This document shows positions 26,642-42,317 of a DNA stretch of 64,000 nt, piece by piece (position 1 is the first letter of the stretch; each line of letters begins with the position of its first letter). The stretch is from Paragordius varius (taxonomy: Eukaryota > Animalia > Nematomorpha). A model generated the notes under the pieces. The model was not told the origin of the DNA. It ran no database searches and worked only from the letters and a program-made list of their open reading frames with translations. The DNA lies in contig OZ176057.1 in NCBI GenBank assembly GCA_964247055.1, positions 2,170,001 to 2,234,000 of the forward strand, in the 5' to 3' direction. The translations under genes and the position numbers were made by a program.

Positions 26642-29600
26642 TTTGTATACGTAAAATATAAGATTTGTTTTGATTACTTATTTTTATATCCAATTCGTCC
26701 AAAAATTTTATGGTGAAAAGCAGCTAGTGCTCCCTCTGTATGAACCAATTAAATATGCAATTAGTGTAATTATCCTCATACTATCTTTATTTATCATCTT
26801 TATAAAATTTAATTTTATCTGTTAACAAATGGGGTGGTACAATTAAATATTTGTACTACCTACCTCAAATTTTTATTTAGAAAAATTTTTGGCGCATTTA
26901 AATTCACACATATTAATTAGTGATTTTGTCTTCTCCGCACTACGATAAAAATATAATTTTTTATCATAATTCAAAATTTGGCTCCAACCATATGCACATT
27001 ATATGGAAAAGGTTGTATGAAACGCTAGAATTAAATCGAATAATGAAATATTCCAATGTTCCGTCCTATCGAAAGGTCACACTCATTTATTTTATTTATA
27101 TTATATATTATGATTATCCATTCAACTCTTAACTCTGATTAGAAAAGGGATAATATTTTATATCTATTGATTTTAGTATTTATACAAAATTTTGATTTAA
27201 CACTGATTTTTAAAATACATTGATTTTATATTTCTTGCAAACTCTAAAAACATGACCCTCCAAAATCTGTTTCAGGCGATGGAATTATATTATAACTGTT
27301 TTTTCTGTATTTTCTAATTTTTTAATTATAAATTCTACGTTGATAAAGAAAGTATGGGTATCCATTTTTAACCTTTTTCAGCATTAGTAATTTTTAGATA
27401 GCAAAAAGTTGTGAAAACGTTAAAAATATTATAGTTTCATATCACCGTATAAAAATAAATTATCCTAATTGCCGTAATGGTTGGTTGGTTTTTCCTAAGT
27501 CGTAAACGACTTTTTGGATATAGTTTTAACTATTTCTTTCCATTTTTTTCTATCTTTAACCGCTATATTGAGCTCTTTCAGTGTCATTTTGGTCTCTTCT
27601 TTTATCATATCCAACCACCTCATCGGTGGTCGGCCTCGTTTCCTTTGCCCTTCTACCTTCCCAAACATTGTATCTTTCTCCAGAGAATTCGATCGCATGA
27701 CATGACCAAAATATGTTAACTTTCTTTTTAGAATTATCTCCATGATGTTTGTTTTAGGTTTTATTTCTGTAGTTAGACTTTCATTCTTAATTATATCCTT
27801 CCAGGTGTATCCTAGCATCCTACGCCAGCAGCTCCTTTCGAAAGCCATGAGCCTTTCTTTGTCCCTTTTTTTGAGGGTCCAACTCTCACATCCATATGTG
27901 GTGACCGGGAGAACGAAACAGTAGAGTAATCTTTTTTTGGTTTCAACTCCTACGCTTTTGTTTTTCCAAATCTTTATTAATTTGGTCATCGCTTCTCTAC
28001 CCAATCCTATTCTCTTTCTGATGTCAGGAGTTGAAGACCCATCCTCTGAAATTATTGCGCCCAAAAACGTTAACTGTTTAACTATTTCTATTTCTACTCC
28101 TTCTATTATAATTGTAGGCTTTTTTCCTGTACATAATATTTTGGTTTTGTTAGGATTAAGCCTAAGACCATACCTCAAACTTTCCTTTCGAATCTCTTCA
28201 ATCAATTCCTTCAAATCATTTGCACTTTCAGCTATAAGAGTGGTATCGTCTGCAAACCTTAAATTATTGATTGTTCTCCCTCCTATTCTTACTCCTATAT
28301 TTTTACCATCCAACTTCCTCATTATCATTTCTGTGCACATATTGAACAGATAAGGGGATAAGCAACACCCTTGTCTGACTCCTTTCAAGATTGGTATTTC
28401 GTCTGTGTCCCCCGCTGGTGTTCTAATAATCGCTCTTTGTTTTACATACAGAGAGCTAATCAATCTTATTAAGTGAGTCGATACCCCTACTAACTTTAAT
28501 GTTTCCCACAAGGAGTCATAGTTAATTGAATCGAATGCTTGTCTGTAATCAATAAAACACATGTATAAATCTTTCTGGAACTCTTTTGATGTTTCCATTA
28601 TCCTTCTCATGTTTGAGATATGGTCTCTTGTGCTTTTTCCCTTCATAAATCCAGCTTGATTTTCTGGTATTTCTGTCTGTATGATACTGTGCATTCTGTT
28701 TTGTATTACTTTTAGTAAGACCTTACTAGCGTGGCTAATAAGAGATATGTTCCGATAATTCTCGCATTGGAGTACATCTCCTTTTTTATATATTGGGAGA
28801 TATACAGATGATGCCCAATCGTTTGGCCACTCACATGTTTCCCACACCTTTTGACATAGCTGGTGTAACTTTTCAACGGGAATAGCTTTTATGAACTCTA
28901 TTGGGATATTGTCTAATCCCGTCGCTTTGTTGTTAGGAATTTGTTTTAAGGCTAATTCAACCTCCTCTCTTAATATATCTGGATCACGTTCTTCTTCTTT
29001 TAATTGCAACACCTTTGTTTGAGGAGCCTGATAGAGTTTTTGGGTGTATTCCTTCCATCTTTCTCGTACTTCTGTTTGTTTGCACAATATGGTGCCATTC
29101 TCTTTTTTAATCTTTTGTGATGATATAAAAGGTTTATGAGTCATTTGCTTCAGTTTCTGGAACATTGGTTGCATTAATCCTTTTTTGTTATTTAATTCCA
29201 CTTCCAGACATTGTTTATTAAGAAAATCTTCGTAATCCTTCCTTGTTTGTCGTTGAAATTCTTTGTTATATAATTTTACCATTTTATTATCACCTCTTGA
29301 TTTAGCTTTTCTCCTCTTTTCTGCTATCTCTATACTCTTTTCTGATATCCATTTGTTATCTTTCCTCTTTACTCTCTGCACTTTTTCCTTTGCCACTTCA
29401 TTAACAACATTTTTTATCGTTCCCCATAATTGTTCTGAGCTACATCCATTGTCCAATCTTTCTAATCTATCTTTGGTTTCTGTTCTAAAACTATTTGGAA
29501 TGTTCCGAGTGTCATATCTGTATATCTGTTTAACCTTATTTTTAATTATTTTAAGTTTGATTTTGGTTATTAAAAGCTCATGATCGCTAGAGCAATCGCT

Positions 29601-32600
29601 GCTTTTGCTTGTTTTGGTATCAATTATAGAGCTTTTCCATTTTTGAGGGCACATTATGTAATCAATTTGATTCTTATATTTACCACATGGAGAGGTCCAT
29701 GTGTATAACCTCCTATTGTGTTGTGGAAACCATGTGTTGGTTATCATCATCTCATTTTCTTGACAAAAATTGATCAGTGCTTCCCCGGCCTCGTTTCGTT
29801 CTCCCAATCCATATGGCCCGACTATTTGATCTACTCTACCTCTACCAACTTTGCTGTTCCAATCCCCTCCTATGATAATCATATCTCCTTTCTTCGTTTC
29901 ATCCAAAACTATTTGCAACGTTGCATAAAAGTCCTCTATGTCTTCTTTGGGAGCGTTTGACGTAGGAGCATAGACTACTATGTATGTAAATTTAAGTGGC
30001 TTGGCATTCAGCCTAATACTCATGATTCTGGGTGTATATGGTGTATAACTAATGAGACTTTTATTTAATTTGTTTTTTATTAATACTGCAACGCCTTCAG
30101 ATTTCTGGTCATCTCTCCCCGATCTTAACAATGTATAATTTTCGTTTTGTACTTTCGCGCTACCTTTTTGCTTGGTTTCCGTTAGACCCAGTATATCTAT
30201 GTTCAATCTTTCCATTTCCTTTTCAATTATCACTTGTTTGGTTGATGTTAAGGAACGTACATTCCAGCATCCAACTTTGAAAATTCTTGCTAAGTTCATT
30301 TAGTAAAACTATTTTTTGGCAGTAATAAACGAGGGTGGTTTGCCATTGCCTTCCCTCTCACTTACCCTCTTTACAAAAAATAAATATCTAGAATAATTAA
30401 AATTAAAGAGTAATCTTTATAAATGTTGTTAATTTGGATAAATTATAAATATTGATATTTTGCTCTGTCTGGCAATCATAAAGGAAAAATATAAAGAAAT
30501 TATGGCTAGGCTAGTAAAAATAAAATAATTAGGCACCAAGGAGTAGAGAAAAAAAAAAGAAAGAGAGAGATCTGTATAACAATGATTTTTCATGACTTAA
30601 GAATTATGTTACTCTTTAAATTACATACTTAGCATATAAATAAAATAAAAACTCTACAAAACAAAGAAAAAGATTAATAATTAATAAAAGGAAACCTATT
30701 TTTTAAATATATTTATAGTATATAATATAAAATACTATCCTTGAATATCCTCCCGCTTTCAATCACATGGTTTCATGCATGAAAAGGGGTCTAGTTAGTA
30801 TAGAAGATAACCAGCCTTTAGATTCCGACAAATTTAAGAATCACGGTAATAAGAATATCATAAACTAAAAGCCTGATTATAATTGGTTAGATGACTAGGA
30901 AAAAAAGTTAACTTTTTATAAATAAATTTATCGGCATAAACATTTACACAATGATGCTTTTTATATTTGAAAATAGGGAACTTTATTTTAAATATTAAGT
31001 AAGTGTAAAATACTTAAAAACAACTATGATGTCACATATTGGAAAAATATGTTTTTTTGAACGAAAAGTGCAGTTAAAACATGAGAACAGGTTATAATAT
31101 TAAGCATAATTTTTAACTACATAATTATTTAAAAAGTATTATTAGCGAAATATAATATATGACTATTTAATGTTGACGCATATAAAATTTTCATTTAAAT
31201 TTTGGAACAAACAACCCATTATTGTGGGCAGTTTTATATTCCAGAGCGATCTGTAATTTGAATAAAAAGTATTTAAGCTGCCGAATTTAAACATATGCTT
31301 TCTTTAGCCTTTTAGGCGCATTATACATTTTTTTTAAAAATGTAATTATAAAAAAATCCTTTTTGCCACCATTTTTCTATTAAATTACTAATGCAGCAGG
31401 CAAATGTATATTATTTTTTTAAAAATATAATTAGTTAACTTACAGCTTTAAGGCTACATTTCATTAAAAACTTGATATATTTGATTTAATCAGCTGTTCG
31501 TTTCAATCGTGTTTTAGAGCTGTCCCAATTTTAGACTCTGGAAGTCACAAAACTGTAAAAATATGAGCTTTTTTATCTTATACATGAGGGATGTTTAATA
31601 ATTAAATTTCAACTAAAATAAATTTCAAAACTAGTTCTTTTTACTTAAGCTCTAGGAAAAATTATCCTAAAAGGTAACTAGGATAAAAAAATGTGTTAAT
31701 AAAAATCTAATATATTATGATTAAAGTATTTAATATTTTAAAATCATTTATAATTACACTAGACAACAAATTTTAACTTTTTTTAACTGCCATTCTTGTA
31801 AATTTAAAATTTATTTCATTAAAGTACATAGTATATCTGAAAAGAAAATTGGTCTTACATGGAAGAATTTTTTTATATTAGAGTTTATCGATAATTTTTG
31901 GCCCCGATATAACATTAAACTCGAAATTTCAAAAATTTAAAGTTTTAGATATGAAGCCATGTATTTTATATCATTCGAAAGAGCTCAAAAAACTGCATCT
32001 TTTAAATGGTAGTAAGTCATTTAAATCAATCTGATGTAAAAGTTATTTGGATTTAAATGGTCGAAATTTTTAATCCTTAAATAAGTCAAGAATTTTCACA
32101 GACAAACTAATTTGAAAATCATATAAATTATTTTAATATAATTATTAGGGTTATATTAGTATTTAATTAAAAAAAATGTTTGGAAAAGCTTTTGGTTTGC
32201 TTTTTTAATAAAAATTATTATTATCATAAATATTTTAACTAGTGGATACTAAAATGCATAGTTATAACTGTAAATTTATTACATAATGGCTATAAAAGAT
32301 CAAAAATACCTTAAACTTTGTTTTTATCTTTAAATTTTCGAAATTATCAGCCTTGTAAAGAAAATAAAATAATAATGATGAGATGGTAATTTTTAAAAAA
32401 CAAAAAAACTTAAAAATGGCTGTTTTGAGTGACATAAAAGCAATAAAAAATGTTTTAATCAAAAAAAACTTTTTTGTGTTATCTTTTTTGGACATTCATC
32501 TCCATCTAAACAAAGTTTGAGCTATTTTCATCCATTAGTTTTATAAATATAATAATTAAAAAAAATGCTCTCGCTTCGCGCGTTTGTCGCTCTTTGTGTC

Positions 32601-32965
32601 CAATATTAACTGTCGATGTAATACATATTAGTATACATATTATAGAGTTTTTAATACTCTTTCGAATGATATATTACAAATGGGCATTACTTGTATATTT
32701 TCAAAGAAAAACATTTTTTAGTAAAATTTTGATAAAGAGGGCGCATAATCTAAAAAATCAAATTATACAAAATTCTTCCAACGAGTTATAATTTTTATTT
32801 CAGATTTACTGTTAAAATGATATTAAATATCAAAAAATGCAAAAAACTCGAGTGGCAGAAAAATTTGTTGTCTAGTGTTATAGATTTTTCACTATTGACG
32901 TCAATAGTTAATAACAAAATATGGATGCTTTTATAAACGTATACCCTTTCCATTATTATTTTTTC

Positions 32966-32996
<31 letters not shown>

Positions 32997-35900
32997 GATT
33001 TGTATTAATATTTAAAGATAATTTTTGACCTAACAACGCTTGTAGTTTATTAATTTCTCCAGTATATTTAAATATTATTGCTTTCAATTCAAATTGGGGC
33101 ATATAGGGCAGACGATATTTAAGTTGATATTTTTTAAAAACAACTGGAAGGAACGGTTCCACTTTAAATTTATCACTATATAAATAAGCTAAAATATCTA
33201 AATAACATTTAGACTTAAAATCTTGTCAAACTAATTTGACGCTATTTTTATTTTAAAACATTTTTGTAAAATATCGTGTTAATTTGATTCTAACAGTAAA
33301 ATAATTACATCTAATATTAATATAAACAGAAAAAAGTGGGTTATTTAGCATTAATATTTTATTTAGCTATTCACACCTGTCATGTTGACTAAGTTTTTAC
33401 CTTGATATTTATCCATAAAATATATAGGTTTATTAAAAAAATCCTTTATATTTCGAAGCATTAATGTTATATAAGTGCAATCTTTTTGTATAGTTTCAAA
33501 TTTTTCATATTGGAAAAATTTGATTTCCAACAGCGCTGGATTCCCCAAATACCCCAATTTAAATCGGAGGACTGAAATGAATGTGTTGTATGCAAGTATT
33601 TAGTTTAAAACAGTGGTACTCACCAAAAACAGGGCCACAAGACTATTTAGCGGAGATTAATATTTCATAACATATGCACATATTTATACAGAAATATATC
33701 AAAAAGTTTGATAAATGATTCAGTGAAAGGACTTTTAGGGCCGAGATTTGGCCACTGGTTTAAAATGTGAGAAGTGCAATTTTTAAATCAAAAATTTGGA
33801 GAGTCTGTTATTTTTAGCGTTGACATTATGCTTATTTTAGTATGCTACCTTTTGTGGAATATTTTATTAAACTGATTTAATTATATAAATAAACAAGTAT
33901 AATTACGCATGTGGCCGTCCGACGTTCAATATGCGGCCCGCAAAAATTTTGGATATCAATAATTTGCAAAGATATGCTAGTAAAATTCAGTAAAATAGAT
34001 ATATTTTTTAGCCATTGTTATAAATAGGCATATATTCTTCCCATGACATAAATTTTAAAGTTTTTGCGATATAATTAAAAACAAGATGGGTATATATAAT
34101 AACTGGCCTAATACTATCGAAAACCAAACAGTTTTTTCGAATATTTTAATATATACTCAAAGAGTTAGTTAACTTTGAAATTTACCATATGTGGTCAAAT
34201 ATTGCAATTTTTCTCTGTGTAAAATTATTTAATTTGCACTTTAGACCGTTTAAATGAATAAATCTTCATTGTACCCTCAAATATTTTTGGATGTACAGCA
34301 TTCATAAGAATGGAGAATGCACGGACCATACCTGCAGACCATCTTTTGAAATAAACTTTATTTTTTATAATTAAATGGAAATTAATGTAGTTTGAATTAG
34401 TTTTATACCACCAGAGGCATTTTATTCAAACTTGAAAATAATATTTTTAGCATTCAGCCAAATTTACAAATATGCTTTCTTTACCTTTTAGGCGCATGTT
34501 ACAAATTTTTTAATAAAGAAATTGTTAATCCTCATCTCATACATTTTCGCCACCATTTCTTTAACTTTTTAAATTATGAATATAACAGGTAAATAAATAT
34601 ATATTATGGTTGTAATAAACGGAAGGCTTACATTTAATTGATATTTATCGATTTTAAAGCTGTATGTTTCAATGGTGTTTTGGCGCTATATGAATCCGTG
34701 GAAAGTCAATAAATTGTAAAAATGTTAATTATTTTATCTAATACAGGGGTAGAGGTTTTCATAAATAATTTATAATCAATAGAACTGTCAAAACAATAGT
34801 ATTACTTTTTATGTTGGGTAAATAACTACCCAAAAATGTCATCGCTTACAAAATGTGATTTAGAAAGTATAATATAACTCTTTATTGATATATAACCCTA
34901 ATTTTATTAAAATTTTTTATTGAAATAAAAAAATTTTGACAACAAGTTAAAAATTTTAATATTGGATAGTCAATATTATTACACCAGATTTTTAAAAACT
35001 CAATAATTTTGAATTTTCAGTAGTAGCTAATCTTTTAATAAGGATTATTGGATAAATTTGACAAATTAACAGCATTAGATACTTACATTTTTTTTCAGGA
35101 AAATATTTATTTTTCAAATTTTGATTTTTTCTTCGTTTTAACAAAACACACATATTATCTACGTTCCCTAATGATATTTTTTTAATTATTGATTTTTATT
35201 TTGGATTTCTTTGGACTTTTTTAAACTACCAAGTGTGGACATTGTGCACATTTTTCTACATTTTAACATTACACATTAAGCTTCCCTGTGTGTTTATATA
35301 TATATATATATAAATTTATCTGTAAATTTGTAATAGTTAAGAGTGAGAATCCTTTTAACACGTTCAAAATTTTACAATCCTAAACTTTTCTCGCTAACTT
35401 AAGTTGCATGCATGATTATTAAAAATAAAAATTATTTTTATTTTTTGCGAATTTTACCAAAATTATAAAATATTTTGATTACAACAAATAATTTTTCAAT
35501 TTTATCTCTATTTCCTCCACATCTTCAACTCTGAAAAAAACCAAAAACAAATGAAAGCTAAATTAGTATACGACGAATTTTTAATTGCTTTGTATTGGAA
35601 AAATAATTGTTTTTAATCGCTTTAGATATCTTTAATAATACAGGCTAATTATTTGTGATATATCTTTTTATTTATAATCAATTTTGTCTCTTTCCTTTTT
35701 TAGATTGAAAAATTAATTACGGAAATGTTGAACCCCAGAAAAGGAGTTCCCATCGGTACTCATAAGGCATTTCTTAAAGATATTCCATACGCTTTCACAG
35801 GTATAAAATTAAAGAAAAATAATTTTATTGTTTAATTGCTAAAATTTATAGGTTTTTTAATAATATAAAATATTTTTTTATCAATAATACCCAAATTTCA

Positions 35901-38900
35901 TTTTATATAAAAACTACTTAGGAGTATTTATACAGTATTTGAAATTATACAGACAAAAAATGCAAATATTTTTGTTTGAAAATACATGCTATTTAACTAT
36001 GCTTCTTTTCAATATAACCTATGGTTTTAGGTCGCTAAATAAAAATAGAGATATAAATTAATAACACTCTCATTTTTACATCCTATAACACTTCATGACT
36101 TTTTGGGGGTTTTACATATTAAAGCGAATTGAAATTTGAAATACTTATAGTATAAAGCCTTAATATATTCTTTCTTTAGCCTTTTAGGCTCATAAAACGA
36201 GAAGCTTTTTAAAAAAAAATGTAAAATTGTAAAAAATCCTCATCTATAACTTTTTCGCCACCATTTTTAACTTTTGCAATCGCTAATATAATGAGCAAAT
36301 AATTATAATTATGGTTAAAAAATTTAAATTAACTTTAGTATGCTTTCAAGTTGCATTTTACGTGATCAAAATTAATATTTATCGATTTTAAAATCATCCT
36401 TTTATTTTAGCCGTCTCAATTTTAGTCCTAAAAAACTGTGAAAAATATATGTTTTTATTTAGTACACGAGAACAATGTTTAATTATTAAATTTTAAACTA
36501 CAATGTAGGTTAAACAGTAGTTTATTTACAAGATTGAGTTTTGAGACATAAAATTACCCCAATATGTCATCGCTGACTACAAAGTAAAAAGGTCCTGAAG
36601 TGTTAATAATAATGTTTATATGGATAATATTAAAATTTAAAAAGTATGGTTGCCAGGTAAAATTTACGTTTTGTCTCTATATTTTCAAACTTTACTGTAA
36701 ATATTTTATTTATCACTCTTAGGGTATGATTTGATTGAATGGATGCTAGAGCGATTTGATATAGAGGACACTGGTAATTCATTTTTTTCCAAGTTTTTTT
36801 ATCAAAAATAATTTTTTACATTTCGCTTTATTTTTTATTTATAGAAGCATTGCATCTTGCCAATTGCATTTGCAAACTCGGTTACATATTCCCCATAAAT
36901 GATTTAAAAAATTTAACCGTAAAAGATGATAGCACACTTTATCGATTTCAAACATCATTCTTTTGGTTATCTCACAACTTGAAAAACGAGGATACAGATT
37001 ATGGTAAGAATACATGCATGGTATTAAAATAAAATAAGATTTTTTATCAATTTTTTCAAGTTTTAACATATGTTATTTGTTTTATAATAATAAATACTAT
37101 TAATATTGGGTAATTTTTTTACAGCAGAACCGCATGATAAAATGTTTTTTTGCTATTCAAAATATTGAAAACATCATTTAAAACAGGGATGTCCAACATG
37201 TGGATACCTTTTGTCCGCCAAAAATAAATTTTTTATATAATTTAAAATTTATATAATTCGTAAAAATATTTTATAATTTCTAGTTGCATTTAATTACTAA
37301 AATTTATAAATGTAATTATCACTTTTTATGTAACAGTCAGCAATAATGATTGGATAAGATAACCATTAACCTTTTTACAAAATAGCGATAAGTTATAAAT
37401 TAATATTATTGTATTTGCCAATAATATTTGAAATAAAGTTTAAAAAATTGAATCGAGACACAAAAAATATAAATCAATTTTTCAAGGTTAAATCAATAAA
37501 ACCTGTCATTGCCAGTGTTGTGAGAATAATATAACTTAGGTATCCTATATCTAATTTTATTATATGACAAATATAGCTATTTACTTGGTTAAACGCAAAA
37601 TTGATACGTCCAAAGAAAATGCACCCTTGGAAGCCTATGAAGAGGTTTTATTTTAAATTACTATATTTCTAATCACTGTAAAAGAATTCATTCTTTCGAT
37701 ATAAAATGATATGGAAATAAGGTGGCATGTTGCATTCAGAGACGTAGCCAGGGGTGAGGAAAAAGGGGCTGATGCGCCGGGTGCCATAGTTTAAGGGGCG
37801 CCGAATTTTAAAAATTTTGATTTAATTTAATAAAAATAGGGTATTTAAGATTAATTATTTTAAATAATAACAGAAAAAACTCACCCATTTATGAGCGGTG
37901 TCCACGGTTTAAATTAAGATTATTTTTTTAAATGCAAGGCGGGGGAGCCATCACGGATTCATGTACCGGGCCTGACAGAAATGTAAGCTAGGTCTCTGGT
38001 TGCATATGATTAATAAAACCTAATTATAATATATTTTTCTAGCCGTAAAATAATTGATTAATCTGTACAAAAACATTACTGCTTGATTAAGAGAGATAAT
38101 TTAAACATATAAAAATAAAACAGGTATAAATGAATAAAAAATATTACATTTTTTTCATAGCATGGTTAGAACATAATATATTTTTTTGAATTTTTTTCAA
38201 ATATTGTTTTTCCCAATTATTCTTTAGATTTAAAATTTTTGGCGGTATAATTAATTCAGTTAATTTTAATTGTTATTAATTATTTAAGTTAGTTAGCCTA
38301 AAGCAAAACTATATCGGTTATTAAAATTTTTATTATTTTAGGATAATTTATTTAAATTGTATTGCCTCGTTTTAATTCAATTATTAAATAAAAATATAAT
38401 AACACCCATATTCCTAAATATTTTTGTCCTATACCCAAAAACGTTACTTAATAGGCAATTGGTAAGCCCTTAATTATAATACTCCTTTACATAATTAATA
38501 ATAAAAAATAATATTTTACAGAGAATTTATGTCTAAAGGGTCATGATGTTAGTTATATAGTTTTTCACGATTTATAATTGAATAATTTAACATATTTTAA
38601 AAAGTTTCTAGTTATTATATGATAAACGTAATATTTTTTGCACAAATTTGTTAGGAATCATTAGAAAAGCTCCAGGTTAAATTAGGTGAAAAATGGGATT
38701 TTGTGTGCATGCAAGCTGAGCAACAAAACAGGTAACTTCTTAATATATATTATTTTTAATATTGTGCGCCATCTAATTTGTAATACATATTTTTAGATTA
38801 GCACGTGAAAGAAGGCGAACGGATAAAATTGTATTAGATAGTCAAGAAAGAGCTTTTTGGCGTGTACATAGACCCCCTGTAATCATTAATTTTTACTATC

Positions 38901-41900
38901 TATCAACATTTAAATTTAATTATTTAATTTTATGTAATAATTTTGAATTCTTTTATATTTTACATAATATTTATAACTATTTTTTGTTGAAAATAAAGCC
39001 AAACACTATAGATCCCTTGGAATCAACACCTTTGTTGTTAAATATGCCCCCAAATCGCAATCGCAAAAAAACCGTTGATAATTTAATGACTGAAGTTAGT
39101 CATCGAATCTTTTTAACTACTATATGCATAATTTTTTTTATAAAAAAAATTAGAAGTGTATTAACTTAATTTACATCAATTTTTTAAAGATATTTGTAAA
39201 TTTGGGTTAATAAAATATGTTATATGTATACAATTAGATTGAAGACTTAAAACAAAATTTTACGCGCTGTAGATGGAAAACATCCGATGTTGTTCAAAGG
39301 TATAATGTATGCATGTATATATCTCGAAATTATTTTGATTGTAATTAATGATAACCCTATCCGCATAGGATTAATTCAAATATCGTTTTATAAAATTAGC
39401 CACTTAGAGATCTATCCCTCGTAAAATGTCGGAAAAAATAATGTAGCTCTTAGCATTTGGCCCATGTTATGAAACCAACCAAAGATATTTAATAAAGATT
39501 TCCTAGTATAATTTTTAGCTAAGGGGCATTTATCAATTTGTCGTGATAGGGCTCCGCTCTATGTTTAGTATACGCCGCCAAATAAAAGACATTTAAATTC
39601 AAATCATATCGATAATTATCTATGCCATATAGGCGTATCATAATTTTAGCTAATTCTAGTTTAAAGAAAATACTGCTCCATCTTCAATCAAATATTGAAT
39701 AGGGTTTCACCCTTTTTTTAAATATATCACCATAATTATGTAACTTGGGTGAGAGGCTAAGATCAAACACCATACTTTATTGTATTCTCGTCTCCCGTTC
39801 AAAAGATAAAAAATTTCAAGCGTTTTTTATATGCTAATGGCTAAAATATTACCCGAATAACGAGAATTTATATATATATATATATAATGTCCATTAAAAT
39901 TCAAAATTATAAAGGCAAAAGTTTAATTGGCCTTTTTTCTTTTTACGTCATTTTTAAAGATTAAAAAAAAAGTATTAGCACGTCTCTAAAATATTTATTC
40001 ATTTATTATGATTAATATAACTTTTAACTACAATATATAATTAACATTTGTATCAAATAAATTTAAGGAAATAAAAGAACTAGATTGTTTGGCATATTTA
40101 TCTTCCTTTTTTGAATCATAATATCCTTATTATATAAAACATCTATTTTTTTAGTTTTATTAAGCGCTGGGAATTGTATAATGAATTTGATCCGTTTGTG
40201 GTCAGGAGTGAACCACCGAATCCCTGGGTTTCAGATGATAGCTCTTTGTGGTATCAAAATCCTAACATGTATAATTTTTAATTTACTTTATTTTTTTAAC
40301 ATTTCTAATTAATTTTGTAATTATATTCATAGTATAACACCTAAAAGGCTGAAATTATGGTCACTTAACTTCAAAGAACTCTTGAAAGATGAACAGGGAT
40401 TCCATTATTTTCTGGAGTTTTTGAAGAAGGAATATAGCAGCGAAAATATTCGATTTTGGCAAACTTGCCAAGATTTTAAGCGTTGCCCAAGTAGTATGAA
40501 AAGTGAAGCTGTCAAAAAGATATATAAGTAAATAAATTTTATAATTATTTTTAATTTTATTAGAATATAAATTAAATAATAGGATAATTTAAATAATAAA
40601 AATTTTAATTATAAATAAACACATATTTTTATCCTTGATATTTTCTATATAATATGTTCTAAAAACGGAGTATTTCCTCATCTTAGATAGGTAATATTCA
40701 AAAATTAGGTTTTGAAAATATTGTTTCCTTAAAAATATATAATCATATATTTTTTTATTCGCACTGATTTCAATGCATTTATAAAATTGTACAAATATTT
40801 AGGGAATATTTAGCACCGAATGCACCAAGAGAAATCAATATAGACAGTTATTCGCGAGAATTGGTTAACAAAGGTGTAAGAGAAGGATCCAGGTAAAATT
40901 TAATTGCTTAATATTTGAATAATGCTTTTTAAAAAAACTTTCACTCGCAAATTAAGCCTGAAAATAAAAAGAGTTACAATAAAAATCATGGACTAAGCTT
41001 GGGCCTTTTAAAAAGGTAAAAGGATAACAGTAGTTCTGTAAATAAAATTCTTAGATAGTAGGGTTAAATAGCATTATTTATTTTTCTTCATGATAATGAT
41101 GAACGAACCCTAAAAGTTTTCTAAGCAATTGTCACTCATTTTTTTCCATTAAACCGAGCCCCTGAGCTATTAACCTTATGTTTTGAAATTAATAAAATTT
41201 TATAATTGTTCCGTAACAGATAAAACTGCAGTTCAAACGGTTAATACAAGTTAAATGTTTTTTAATACTGTTTTATCTTAATTATGTTTATTGTTTCAGA
41301 TAAAGCAGCGTATAATAAATTTAAATGCTACAATTCTTATAACTTTCTCCCAGAAAAAAAATATTTTTATCAAAATTTAGCCATATTAAACATGCTAGAA
41401 TTTGTGGATCTTTTTCATTTTTTTTGCCAATTAAATATAATTATATTTATATTTCATACACACTATGATTATCCTAATGGCATATATTAAAAATTAATTT
41501 TGGTGCAAGTTTACATTTTCCTTTGTTAATTTTTGAATTAATTAAAGTCATCTCTGTTTAAAAACTAATTGCTTAATAAAAATTATATTTACTTCCTAAA
41601 TCAAATATATTTTAAAATGAACTTTTTAGATTACATATATTACATATTTTTTTGAAATCTAATAAAATAAGCTTAGAAATAGAATGATTCTATATATATA
41701 ATCCGATTTGTACGAAACCACCGTAATAAAGAATATATTTTTTGAAATACCTATTTATAAAGGTATGCTTTGGATTTGGCACAAGATCATATTTACACCT
41801 TGATGAAAAAAGATAGTTATGTCCGATTTTTACGATCCGATATGTTTAAAAAATTAATGACAGCAGCTCAGAACCCAAATAAAAAAAGGTATTTATTTAA

Positions 41901-42285
41901 TCAATAAAAATATTTTAATTATGTTTTCTTTTTTATCTAAGAATCTTTACTTTTCATTGGAAATAATACAAAACTTTTTGGCTTTTAATTAATTTTTCAA
42001 ATATGGCAAGTTAATTTTTTAGACACGACCACGATTATATATATATAATTAAATGTTACCTTTTTCCTTTTTAGTTTAAACAAACATAATTATATATAAC
42101 TAATTAATTTGTATGTTTAGTTTTTATATTGATTCTATAATTCAAGTAAAACATTTTCGTTTGTCTGAAATACATTTTTTAATAAAACACGTTAATTGGA
42201 TTATAATTGGAAAAATTATATGTGGATGATGCACAACAACTTTTGTGATCCAAATATCGCTAATTAATAAATTCTTATATTGATT

Positions 42286-42317
<32 letters not shown>

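Noticed and set aside
27477-29960. Plus-strand ORFs overlapping the LINE (up to 138 aa)
   Set aside because: Antisense frames of the RT gene; no independent evidence.
27450-30385. Target-site duplication around the intact RTE element
   Set aside because: The only shared flank word (AAAAATAAAT) is low-complexity and not adjacent to the 3' tail.
34310-34355. ATG-initiated [14 protein letters not shown] as the RGS first exon
   Set aside because: Ends in TAA with no donor. The 20825-20929 exon has a phase-0 AAG|GTAATA donor and a better-matching ...LFTK end.
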